A DNA stretch of 46,054 nucleotides from Candidatus Rokuibacteriota bacterium (GTDB taxonomy: Bacteria; JAUVQV01; DATDCY01): the NCBI GenBank assembly GCA_031406795.1, contig JANOHV010000157.1, forward strand, positions 1 to 46,054, read 5' to 3'. The translations under genes were made by a program, and so were the position numbers. Shown piece after piece: positions 1-8,272 of the stretch. The stretch's first letter is position 1. Each line of letters starts with the position of its first letter. The notes under the pieces are model-generated. The model saw only the letters and a program-made list of their open reading frames with translations, was not told the DNA's origin and searched no databases.

Positions 1-1
1 C

Positions 2-1078
2 AAGATCGACTTCGTCATCGAGGCGGCGCATCGCCTCGTCGACGCGCTGCAGTACGGCGATCGCTTCGCGCTGGTGACCTACGACGACCGCGTCGAGGTG
101 CCCATCCCCTCCGAGGCGCTCGAGGACCGTCGCCGCGCGCACCGCGTGATCGACGGCATCCGCCCCGGCGGCGCCACGAATCTCGGCGGCGGCCTGGTCG
201 AGGGCTTCCGCCAGGTGCGCCGCAACTTCGACGCCGAGGGGATCAACCGCGTGCTGTTGCTCTCCGACGGCCTGGCCAACCGCGGCATCACCTCTCCCGA
301 GGAACTCTCCCGCATCGTCGCCGGCGAGGGCGAGCGCGGCCTCTCCGTCACGACGTTTGGCGTCGGCTACGAGTTCAACGAGGACCTGCTCTCCGGGCTC
401 GCCGAGAGCGGGCGCGGCACCTACTACTACATCGACCAGGCGCAGCGCATCCCCGATATGCTGGCGCGCGAGTTCTCGACATTGCAGAGCCTCTACGCCG
501 CGGATGTCGAGATCACGATCGAGGTGCACGCGGAGGTCGTGATCCACGAAGTGCTCGGGTACCGTTTTCGCCGCGACGGCAACCGCTACGTCGTCAACGT
601 CGGCGGGCTCTCAGCCGGCGAGCGCCGCCGCGTGATGTGCCGCCTCGCGCCGCCGCGCTGGGCGCGCGGCAGCCACCGCATCGGCCAGGTCCAGGTGCGC
701 TATCAGCTCCCCGGCGAGAAGCGGCCCCTCGCCACGTCGCAGGAGCTGCGCTTGAACTGGCTCGATGACCGGAAGGAGGTCTCCCGCGAAATGAACCGCG
801 ACATCTCCGAGCGCTCGTCGGTCTTCCAGGCCAACGCGGCGCGGCAGAGGGCGGCGGCGCTGGTGGACAAGGGCGACGTCGCCGGCGCGAAGCAGGTACT
901 CGGCGAGAGCAAGGCGAAGCTCGAGGCGGCGCCGGTTCAGAGCGAGGAGGTGCGCAAGGAGGTCGGCGCGAACGAGAGCTACGATCGGGCGATTTCGGCA
1001 CCGATGTCGCCCGCGGAGCAATCCTCGATACAGAAGGACATCAAGTACGAGTCGTATAAGAAGTTGCAGCAGAAGTAG
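2..1078 (+). CDS. von Willebrand factor A (vWA) domain protein, YfbK-like; 5' end lies outside the window
   Basis: Frame is open from base 2 (KIDFVIEAAHRLVDALQYGDRFALVTYDD). vWA motifs GGATNLGGGL, RVLLLSDGLANRG, TTFGVG, GRGTYYYID. Confidence 0.8.
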   Translation, partial: KIDFVIEAAHRLVDALQYGDRFALVTYDDRVEVPIPSEALEDRRRAHRVIDGIRPGGATNLGGGLVEGFRQVRRNFDAEGINRVLLLSDGLANRGITSPEELSRIVAGEGERGLSVTTFGVGYEFNEDLLSGLAESGRGTYYYIDQAQRIPDMLAREFSTLQSLYAADVEITIEVHAEVVIHEVLGYRFRRDGNRYVVNVGGLSAGERRRVMCRLAPPRWARGSHRIGQVQVRYQLPGEKRPLATSQELRLNWLDDRKEVSREMNRDISERSSVFQANAARQRAAALVDKGDVAGAKQVLGESKAKLEAAPVQSEEVRKEVGANESYDRAISAPMSPAEQSSIQKDIKYESYKKLQQK

Positions 1079-1132
1079 TCTGGCCAGCGCGGGAAAGCCT
1101 CCGGGCGCGCTAAGCCGGCGCCCGGGGGCCCG

Positions 1133-2563
1133 CTACAGAATCCCCGCTTCCCCCAGCCGCCGCAGCTCCTCCGAAAGATTCGGCGTCGCGTGGCCGGCGG
1201 CGACCAGCGCCGCGGCCTCCGCGATCGTGAACCAGCGCCCCTCGTCGATCTCCTCGGGCCGGACCGCCGGTTCCGAGCGCGCGACATGCAGGAAGGTCTC
1301 GACCAGTTCGGTTTCGCGCGCCGTTTGCCAGAGGTAGCGGTGGAGAAAGCGCAACTCGCCGGCCAGGCCAAGTTCCTCGCGCATCTCCCGGCGCGCGCCG
1401 GTCTCGAAGTCCTCGCCGGCATCCAGGTGGCCGCCGACCGAGGTGTCCCACTTGCCCGGCTGGATGTCCTTGGCGGACGAGCGCTTCTGCAGGTAGATGC
1501 GCCCGGCGCCGTCGGTGACGATCACGTGCGCTGCCCGGTGCCGCAGCGACGGCATGCGGTGGCAGAGCGCCCGCGGGGCACGCCCGACGATCGTCCCCTG
1601 CTCGTCGACCAGCTCGAAGACCTCGCCGCCCGCGGGGGCGATCAGCAGCAGGGCCGCCCATTCCCCCTCGCTGCGTTCGCCGGCACAGAGCAGTCCGAGC
1701 CCCTCGTAGACTCCGCGGACCTCGTTTGTCTGCTCTCCCGCCAGCAGGCCGGCCAGGACCAGGACGCCGCAGGGCGACAGGCGCGCGACGAGCTTGGGCG
1801 CCAGCGGCAGCAGCACGTCGGCGGTGATATTCGCGGCGATCAGGTCGAACTTCCCTTCGATCGCGCCCAGTTCCCGTCCGCTGACGTCGACGCGCCCGGC
1901 GAGATCGTTGCGCGCAATGTTTTCCCGGGCCGCCTCGACGGCGTCCGGGTCGTTGTCGATGGCGACCACGAGGGAGGCGCCGCGCAGCGCCGCGGCCATC
2001 GCCAGGATCCCGGTGCCGGTCCCGACGTCCAGCGCGCAATCCGGCGGCGAGAAGACGCTGATCTCCTCGATGAACCCGAGCGCCAGCCGGGTGCTCGCGT
2101 GCAACCCCGTGCCGAAGGCCATGCCGGGGTCCATCTCGATCACGGCCTCGCCGGCCAGCGGCTCGTACGGTTCCCAGGAGGGTTTGATCACCAGCAGCGG
2201 GGCGACGTGGAAGGGGTGGAAATGCTCCTTCCAGCCCGCCCCCCAATCTTCCTCGAGCAGCGGCTCGGCGCGCACCTGGATCGCGCCGGCGACGCCGCTG
2301 CGCGCCTCGAGGGCCGCCAACTCGCCGCGCAGCAGTGCCTCCTGTTCGTCGGCGGCGCCGTCCTGCGCGAGGTAGCCGATCACCCGCTCGGTCGGGCGCG
2401 GGGCGGCCGGGGGCAGCGCCATGGTGATCTCGACGCCGGCGCCGGAGATCTCGGCGACGATGTCGGCCGCATCGTCGACCAGGCCGGCGGGGGCCTCGAC
2501 GATCACGCGCCGCCAGGCGCGACGCGGCCGGTGCGCAAACGGATCGGGGACGCCGCTGGTCAT
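1133..2563 (-). CDS. prmA: 50S ribosomal protein L11 methyltransferase PrmA fused to a C-terminal NUDIX hydrolase (IDI/YfcD-like)
   Basis: PrmA motifs EEDWGAGWKEHFHP, DPGMAFGTGLHASTRL, LDVGTGTGIL, ANITA. After ~1640: ELVDEQG..HRAAHV..QKRS..PGKWD and Nudix box GGHLDAGEDFETGARREMREELG. Start set at ATG 2563. Confidence 0.85.
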   Translation of the reverse strand: MTSGVPDPFAHRPRRAWRRVIVEAPAGLVDDAADIVAEISGAGVEITMALPPAAPRPTERVIGYLAQDGAADEQEALLRGELAALEARSGVAGAIQVRAEPLLEEDWGAGWKEHFHPFHVAPLLVIKPSWEPYEPLAGEAVIEMDPGMAFGTGLHASTRLALGFIEEISVFSPPDCALDVGTGTGILAMAAALRGASLVVAIDNDPDAVEAARENIARNDLAGRVDVSGRELGAIEGKFDLIAANITADVLLPLAPKLVARLSPCGVLVLAGLLAGEQTNEVRGVYEGLGLLCAGERSEGEWAALLLIAPAGGEVFELVDEQGTIVGRAPRALCHRMPSLRHRAAHVIVTDGAGRIYLQKRSSAKDIQPGKWDTSVGGHLDAGEDFETGARREMREELGLAGELRFLHRYLWQTARETELVETFLHVARSEPAVRPEEIDEGRWFTIAEAAALVAAGHATPNLSEELRRLGEAGIL

Positions 2564-2570
2564 GGGGGAG

Positions 2571-2607
2571 AGTGTAGCAGTGATCGCCGGCCGGCGCATG
2601 CTATACT
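2571..2607. promoter_or_regulatory. Back-to-back extended -10 promoters for prmA (-) and the hypothetical-pilT unit (+)
   Basis: TGCTACACT on minus (2579-2571) and TGCTATACT on plus (2599-2607), both TGn-TAnnnT, flanking the palindrome CGCCGGCCGGCG. Confidence 0.5.
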
Positions 2608-2640
2608 CCCGAGGGCCGAACATCCCGTGCAGGAGGGCAG

Positions 2641-3114
2641 ATGCAGGAATACCAGGTTCCCAAGGAAAAGGCCTCCGTCCTCGTCGAAATGCCGCCCCAC
2701 GAACCGGAGACGCGCTTCGTCTTCCTCTCCCCGTTCGCCCAGAACCACCACGGCCCGGAAACCCCCTCGGACATCTTCAACGTCCCCCAGGCCTTCATCC
2801 CGCTGTTTCGCGAAGGCGGCGAGGTGTTGCTGGCCCGCCACGACGCAATCACCTGGGTGATGATCGGCGAACCGCAGCGGACGGAATGGTATTACTACGA
2901 GACCCGCACGGGTGTTCCCGACACCAGAGTGCACCTCGAGTTCGACACCGGCGGCCACATCGACGGCAAGGTTGCCCTGATCGGTCCGGCGGGCGGCCAG
3001 CGCGTGCTCGACATCGTCAACCGCCACGAGGGTTTCCTGCACGTCGAGCGCGACGACGAACTGTTTCTTGTCAACCTCAAGCGGGTCGTTTCGATCACCC
3101 TCAAGGAACAGTAG
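2641..3114 (+). CDS. Hypothetical protein upstream of pilT, with two similar halves (possibly DUF6812-like)
   Basis: 157 aa, SD GGAGGG, ends 1 nt before pilT. The halves resemble each other (DIFNVPQAFIPL / DIVNRHEGFLHV). Confidence 0.7.
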   Translation: MQEYQVPKEKASVLVEMPPHEPETRFVFLSPFAQNHHGPETPSDIFNVPQAFIPLFREGGEVLLARHDAITWVMIGEPQRTEWYYYETRTGVPDTRVHLEFDTGGHIDGKVALIGPAGGQRVLDIVNRHEGFLHVERDDELFLVNLKRVVSITLKEQ

Positions 3115-3115
3115 C

Positions 3116-4627
3116 GTGGCCGCACTCGACAAGATTCTCGAATCCATGGCCGCCCACGGCGCCGATCGCTTCACGCTCAAGTCCGGGGAGGCGCCGCTCC
3201 TGCACACCGAACGCGGGACCAAGCCCGTCGGCTCCAGCCCGCTGAGCACCAATCGCGTGCTCGCGTACCTGCGCGAGCTGGCCGGTCCCGCGGAGCGCGG
3301 AGCCATCGAGGCGCGCGAAAGTGTCGCCTTCGCCTACCGCGATTTCACGGTCGCGGTGACCTTTCCCGGGGAAGGCGTCGAGGCCCAGGTCTGCCCATGT
3401 CCCCGGCCGGCGACCGCCGCGGCGGCGGAGGAGCCTCCCCCCGCGCCGGGTGCCCCGCAGGAAGCCCCGACCGCCGTCACGGCCAACCGCACGCAGACCG
3501 CGATGGAAGCGCACAATTCGTTCGACCCCCGAGCCGGCGGCGCGCCCCCGATCGACGAACTCTTCCGCGACATGATCGGCCGCAAAGCTTCGGACCTGCA
3601 CCTGACCATGGGCGAACGGCCGCGCCTGCGTCTCGACGGCCGGATGGTCCAGACGGACCTGCCGCCGCTGACGCCGGAGCGCATGGCCGAACTGCTCTGG
3701 CCGATCTGCTCGCCCAAGAACCGCAAGGAGTTCGAGAGCGACAGCGACACCGACTTCGCCTACGACCTGCCGGGGGTCGCCCGCTTCCGTTGCAACTATT
3801 TCATGGACCGCACCGGGATGGGGGCGGTCTTCCGCCAGATCCCCACGAAAATCCCGACCATGGAGCAGCTCGGCCTGCCCAAGGAGATCATCGACCTCTG
3901 CTGGCTCTCCAAGGGTTTCGTCGTGGTGACGGGTCCCACGGGCTCCGGCAAGTCGACGACGCTGTCGGCGCTGATCAACCACATCAACGAGAACCGCGCC
4001 GACCACATCATCACGATCGAGGATCCGATCGAGTTCGTCCACCCGAACAAGAAGTGTCTGCTCAACCAGCGCGAGATCGGCACCCACACCCAGGGGTTCA
4101 AGCGCGCGCTGCGCGCGGCGCTGCGCGAGGACCCGGACATCGTGCTCGTCGGCGAGATGCGGGATCTGGAGACGATCGGCATCGCGATCGAGACCGCGGA
4201 AACGGGCCACCTGGTCTTCGGCACGCTGCACACGACGACCGCGCCGTCCACCGTGGACCGCATCATCGACCAGTTCCCGGCGGACCGACAGACGCAGATC
4301 CGGGTCATGCTCTCCGAGACGCTCAAGGGTGTCATCGCGCAGACGCTCTGCCGCAAGGTCGGCGGCGGGCGCATCGCGGCCTACGAGGTTCTGATCGTCA
4401 ACACCGCGGTCTCGAACCTGATCCGCGAGGGCAAGACCTTCCAGATCCCCTCGCTGATGCAGACCCAGCGCAATATCGGCATGCGCACGCTCAACGATTC
4501 GCTGTTCGAACTCGTCAAGAGCAAGCAAGTCGAGCCGAAGGAGGCCTTCGTCAAGGCCGTGGACAAGAGCAGCCTGCTGGCGCTGTACGAGCGCGGCGGC
4601 ATCAGGTTCGATCCGAACCGGATGTAG
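3116..4627 (+). CDS. pilT: Type IV pilus retraction ATPase PilT with an N-terminal extension
   Basis: ASDLHL, Walker A GPTGSGKST, TIEDPIE, ALREDPDIVLVGEMRD, AETGHLVFGTLHT, AVSNLIRE. GTG start at 3116 right after the upstream stop. Confidence 0.92.
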   Translation: MAALDKILESMAAHGADRFTLKSGEAPLLHTERGTKPVGSSPLSTNRVLAYLRELAGPAERGAIEARESVAFAYRDFTVAVTFPGEGVEAQVCPCPRPATAAAAEEPPPAPGAPQEAPTAVTANRTQTAMEAHNSFDPRAGGAPPIDELFRDMIGRKASDLHLTMGERPRLRLDGRMVQTDLPPLTPERMAELLWPICSPKNRKEFESDSDTDFAYDLPGVARFRCNYFMDRTGMGAVFRQIPTKIPTMEQLGLPKEIIDLCWLSKGFVVVTGPTGSGKSTTLSALINHINENRADHIITIEDPIEFVHPNKKCLLNQREIGTHTQGFKRALRAALREDPDIVLVGEMRDLETIGIAIETAETGHLVFGTLHTTTAPSTVDRIIDQFPADRQTQIRVMLSETLKGVIAQTLCRKVGGGRIAAYEVLIVNTAVSNLIREGKTFQIPSLMQTQRNIGMRTLNDSLFELVKSKQVEPKEAFVKAVDKSSLLALYERGGIRFDPNRM

Positions 4628-5561
4628 GCGGCACGCAGCGCGGGTCCGGGGCCGCCAGGTCGCCGGCGATAAGCAGGCTCACCGCCGGACAGCCGCCGTG
4701 ACACGTGGCGTGGTGGCCGCAGGATGAGCGCGGGCAGGCGTTTTCACTGAAGTTCCTGAAGAATTCCAGCTGCGGGTGGTTCCAGATCGCCGCGAACGCG
4801 TCCGTCAGCAAATTGCCGAGCCGGAATTCCGGTTGCGAGAAAAGCAAATAACACGGGTAGACCGAGCCGTCGGGCAGCACGGAGAGTTTCGTCGTGCCCG
4901 CGGGGCAGCGCACGCCGCGCAGCCGGGCCGCGGCGTCGCCCTCGGGCACGAAGCCGTCGCACGCCACGCCCGCTGCCCGCGGGTAGCGCATGCGAAGCGT
5001 ATCGAGGCGCGAGCGGTACTCCGGGTAGGAGAGGCCGCCCTCCAGGTCGTCCGCCGACACCGGGTCGCGAAAGATCAGGAAGTACTCGGCGCCCGGTCGC
5101 GCGAGGTGCCCGGCTGCCGCCGTCGGCAGCACCCACTCCTGCGTGCAGAGGCTCTTGAGCATCGGCGATCGCCGTGCGATGAAGTCGCGCAGGGGCATCG
5201 GCAGTTCCCCTTCGTTTACCGAAACGCCGACGCGCAGCGTGGCGCGGCCGAACGTGTCTTCAAGGCGTTCGAGCACCGCGAGATCGCCGTGGCCGTTCGT
5301 ACTCAGCGTGGTGCGCATCCCGCGCGCGGCGATCGCCGCCACCAGTTCGTCGAGCCGCGGGTGCAGCGTCGGCTCGCCGCCAAGCAGATCGAGCGTTTCG
5401 ACTCCGGCGAGCTTCAGCTGGTCGAGCATCAGGGCGAATGCGGCCGGCTCGACATCAGGCTGCGGGGGCAGTCCGCGGTTGAAGCAGAAATCACAGGCCA
5501 GGTTGCAGTTCAGGGTCGGGTAGAACTGGACATAGTCCGGAGCGGAAGGCCGGACGGTCAT
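4602..5561 (-). CDS. Radical SAM protein with SPASM domain
   Basis: CNLACDFC, GGEPTLH, SPASM-type CPAG...PDGSVYPC...CPRSSCGHHATCHGGC...DPRC. ATGA overlap with the exeB stop. Confidence 0.9.
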   Translation of the reverse strand: MTVRPSAPDYVQFYPTLNCNLACDFCFNRGLPPQPDVEPAAFALMLDQLKLAGVETLDLLGGEPTLHPRLDELVAAIAARGMRTTLSTNGHGDLAVLERLEDTFGRATLRVGVSVNEGELPMPLRDFIARRSPMLKSLCTQEWVLPTAAAGHLARPGAEYFLIFRDPVSADDLEGGLSYPEYRSRLDTLRMRYPRAAGVACDGFVPEGDAAARLRGVRCPAGTTKLSVLPDGSVYPCYLLFSQPEFRLGNLLTDAFAAIWNHPQLEFFRNFSENACPRSSCGHHATCHGGCPAVSLLIAGDLAAPDPRCVPPTSGSDRT

Positions 5562-6487
5562 GGGCGCCCCCCGGCCACCCGGAAGTACCACCCTTTGAAG
5601 ACGAAGACGGCTCCCGACGAGGTGATCTCCTGAAGTTTGAGACCGGGTGCCGCCTCGCCGCCTTCGTGCAGAAGCCGGTCATCGACGCTCATCAGGCGCA
5701 ACGATGGCTCTTCGGACCAGACGTGGCCCGAGACGAGCAGCTTCGGGAGTTCGGCGCGAACCGAAGCGGGAAGTTCGGACAGTTCGAGGACTCGACCGTC
5801 TGCAGGTGGTGACTGCTCGGGCGGCGGCACCACGGGCACTGGCTCCGGAGGGCTGACCGGGGGCGCGGCTGGAATCCCGGCCGACTGCATTCCGCTCGCC
5901 GGCACCGCAATTGATGGAGCCTTCAGGCCCGGCGGCGGCGGCAGGACAGCGGGCGCCGGCGTGATCGTCGCCGGCAGCGCGGGCATCGGGACCGCCACCA
6001 TCGAGCCGGGGTCCGGGGCGGCCGGGGACGGCAATGGGGTAATGCGCGGAGGCGCCTCCGGGATCGCAACCGGGACGACGGTCGAAGCGTCCTCCCCGCG
6101 TGGAATCCGCGCGGGCGGCGCGGGCGATTTCGGCCGGTTGTCGAAGGGCTTGCGCGCAGGAACGGGGGCCGGGGCCGAAGCTGGGCCCGCCTCGACGCCC
6201 ACCGCTGCGACCGGGCGCGGGGCCACCGGGGCAGCCGGAGCTTCGGCGCGCAGCGGTATCGAAGCGGCAGCTGGCGGCTGCGCTGCATCTTCGTCGCGGT
6301 CTGCCGTTCCGAACCAGGCCCCCAGGGTTGCGGTCGCCGCGACCACGAGAAGCACCGCGGTCACAATCGCGCGCGTCGGCACGCGCGGAGTCGGGGGCTG
6401 GGGCCCGTGCACCGTGAATAGGTCCGGGACCGGGCCGGGGGGGCGCTGGCGCTCCGACTTTTTCAGCGCATCGAGAATGTAGGACAT
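5558..6487 (-). CDS. gspB: Type II secretion accessory protein GspB/ExeB
   Basis: Typical start MSYILDALKKSERQR, TM helix, Pro-rich linker, C-terminal LPKLLVSGHVWSEEP..LLHEGG..LQEIT domain. Lies 2 nt after exeA. Confidence 0.85.
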   Translation of the reverse strand: MSYILDALKKSERQRPPGPVPDLFTVHGPQPPTPRVPTRAIVTAVLLVVAATATLGAWFGTADRDEDAAQPPAAASIPLRAEAPAAPVAPRPVAAVGVEAGPASAPAPVPARKPFDNRPKSPAPPARIPRGEDASTVVPVAIPEAPPRITPLPSPAAPDPGSMVAVPMPALPATITPAPAVLPPPPGLKAPSIAVPASGMQSAGIPAAPPVSPPEPVPVVPPPEQSPPADGRVLELSELPASVRAELPKLLVSGHVWSEEPSLRLMSVDDRLLHEGGEAAPGLKLQEITSSGAVFVFKGWYFRVAGGRP

Positions 6488-6489
6488 AA

Positions 6490-8160
6490 TCAGTCGGCCC
6501 CCGCGAGCGTCGGCGTCCCGGGGGCCGGGTCCGCGTCGAGCAGGATCAGCGTTTCCGGGCCGGCGACGCCGTCGTCTGCGATCCCCGAGGCCTTCTGGAA
6601 GCGGCGCACGACAGCGGTCAGCCTCTCGTCGTACACCGGATCGGCCGCGGCCTCGGGAGTCGAACCGCCCGTCGCTGCAAGCCGTTTCGCCAGCCATGCA
6701 ACGCCAGCGCCGCTGTCCCCCGCGGCCAGCGTCCCCCGCGTGTGCACCGGCGGCCGCCAGAGCAGCACGAATTCCCGGATGTCGTACCCCTCGAGCTTGT
6801 CGATGTCGACCACGGTGCGCGCCCCGCCCGCCGCCAGCGTCACCTGCCGGCCCTGCAGTCGCTCGAGAACCAGCCACCGGGGCTCACCCTGCGCATCGTA
6901 GACCCGCACGACGGCCGGGCGGTTCAGGCGGCGCAGCTGCTCCAGCCCCCCCTCGCCGCGCAGGCAGTCCAGGCCGTGCACGAGAGCCAGCGCGCAACCG
7001 TTCTCCCCATCGGCCACCCGAATCCCCCAGAGCCGGTAGAGCCAGCCCCACGCCTCGCTCTGCTGCCGGGCCTCCGGCTGCTCGAGGAGCGCCCGGAGCA
7101 CGCCCGAGACCGGCGGCAGTGGTCGGGGTCGGGGCGAGGGGGTCGAAACGGGAGGGGCGCCGGCTGCCGTCGCCGCCGTGGCGGGCACGGGCGGCGTCTT
7201 GTCGGGCGCCAGCGGTGCGGCCGGCGCCGACAGCGCCGACACCGTCGCGGGGCGTTGCGATGTCTGGCGCCCGGCCAGGGCGACCAGCACCGCCACGGTC
7301 ACGAAGACTCCTGCGGCGGCCGCCGCGGCAATTCGCGCCTTCGGCCACGGCGCATCCCCGGCGACCTCGCGGGCGGCCTGGGCGAGCGTGGCGCGTTCGA
7401 CCTGCCGCTTCCCCTGCACGAACGCCCCGAGCAACGACCGGTCGCAGAGGATGTTGATCAGCCGCGGCACCCCGCGGCTCAGGCGCCGCAGCCGGCCGAT
7501 CACCGCCGCGGGGAACAACTCCTCGGCGGTTCCGGCCACCGCGAGCCGGTGTTGGACATAGGCGCGCGTCTCCTCACGCGAGAGCGGCCGCAGATGAAAG
7601 CGCGCCGTGATCCGCTGCGCGAGCTGGCGCAGGTCGGGCCGGGCCAGCGTGACGCGCAACTCGGGCTGGCCCATCAGGATGATCTGCAGCAACTTGCGAC
7701 TGCTCGTCTCGAGATTGGTCAGCAGCCGGATCTGCTCGAGCACCGTCGCGTCGAGATTCTGCGCCTCGTCGATGACGAGGACGGCCCGCTCGCCGGCGGC
7801 ATGAATCTGGAGGAGAAAGCGGTTGATGAGGTCGAGCGAACTCTTCACGCTCGCGGGGCCTTCCGGCCGGGCGATCCGGAATTCGTCGCACACGGCGGCG
7901 AGCAGCTCCTCGGCGGTGAGGGCGGGGTTCAGGATGACGGCGGCGCGGGTGCCCGGCGGCAGCTGCTCGAGAAAGCAGCGGCAGACCGTGGTCTTGCCCG
8001 TGCCGACCTCGCCGGTGAGCTGGACAAATCCCCCCTCGCTGCTCACGCCGTAGAGCAGGTGCGCGAGCGCCTCGCGGTGCTGGGCGCTGAGGTACAGGAA
8101 GCGCGGGTCGGGGGCGAGCGAGAACGGGAATTCCCGCAGGCCGAAGTACTCCAGATACAT
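6490..8160 (-). CDS. gspA: ExeA/GspA AAA ATPase with C-terminal peptidoglycan-binding domain
   Basis: MYLEYFGLREFPFSLAPDPRFLYLS, GEVGTGKTT, VIDEAQNL, LRQLAQRI, TM helix, AVVRRFQKASGIADDGVAGPET. Confidence 0.9.
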   Translation of the reverse strand: MYLEYFGLREFPFSLAPDPRFLYLSAQHREALAHLLYGVSSEGGFVQLTGEVGTGKTTVCRCFLEQLPPGTRAAVILNPALTAEELLAAVCDEFRIARPEGPASVKSSLDLINRFLLQIHAAGERAVLVIDEAQNLDATVLEQIRLLTNLETSSRKLLQIILMGQPELRVTLARPDLRQLAQRITARFHLRPLSREETRAYVQHRLAVAGTAEELFPAAVIGRLRRLSRGVPRLINILCDRSLLGAFVQGKRQVERATLAQAAREVAGDAPWPKARIAAAAAAGVFVTVAVLVALAGRQTSQRPATVSALSAPAAPLAPDKTPPVPATAATAAGAPPVSTPSPRPRPLPPVSGVLRALLEQPEARQQSEAWGWLYRLWGIRVADGENGCALALVHGLDCLRGEGGLEQLRRLNRPAVVRVYDAQGEPRWLVLERLQGRQVTLAAGGARTVVDIDKLEGYDIREFVLLWRPPVHTRGTLAAGDSGAGVAWLAKRLAATGGSTPEAAADPVYDERLTAVVRRFQKASGIADDGVAGPETLILLDADPAPGTPTLAGAD

Positions 8161-8272
8161 GCCGCGAGGGTACACCAGGGCCAAAACCTTGTCGATGACC
8201 GGAAGGACGGGATTGCGCGTTGCGCTCTGCGGAGTCACAATACCCCCCGGACCCGGCAAGGGAGGGTGGTTC

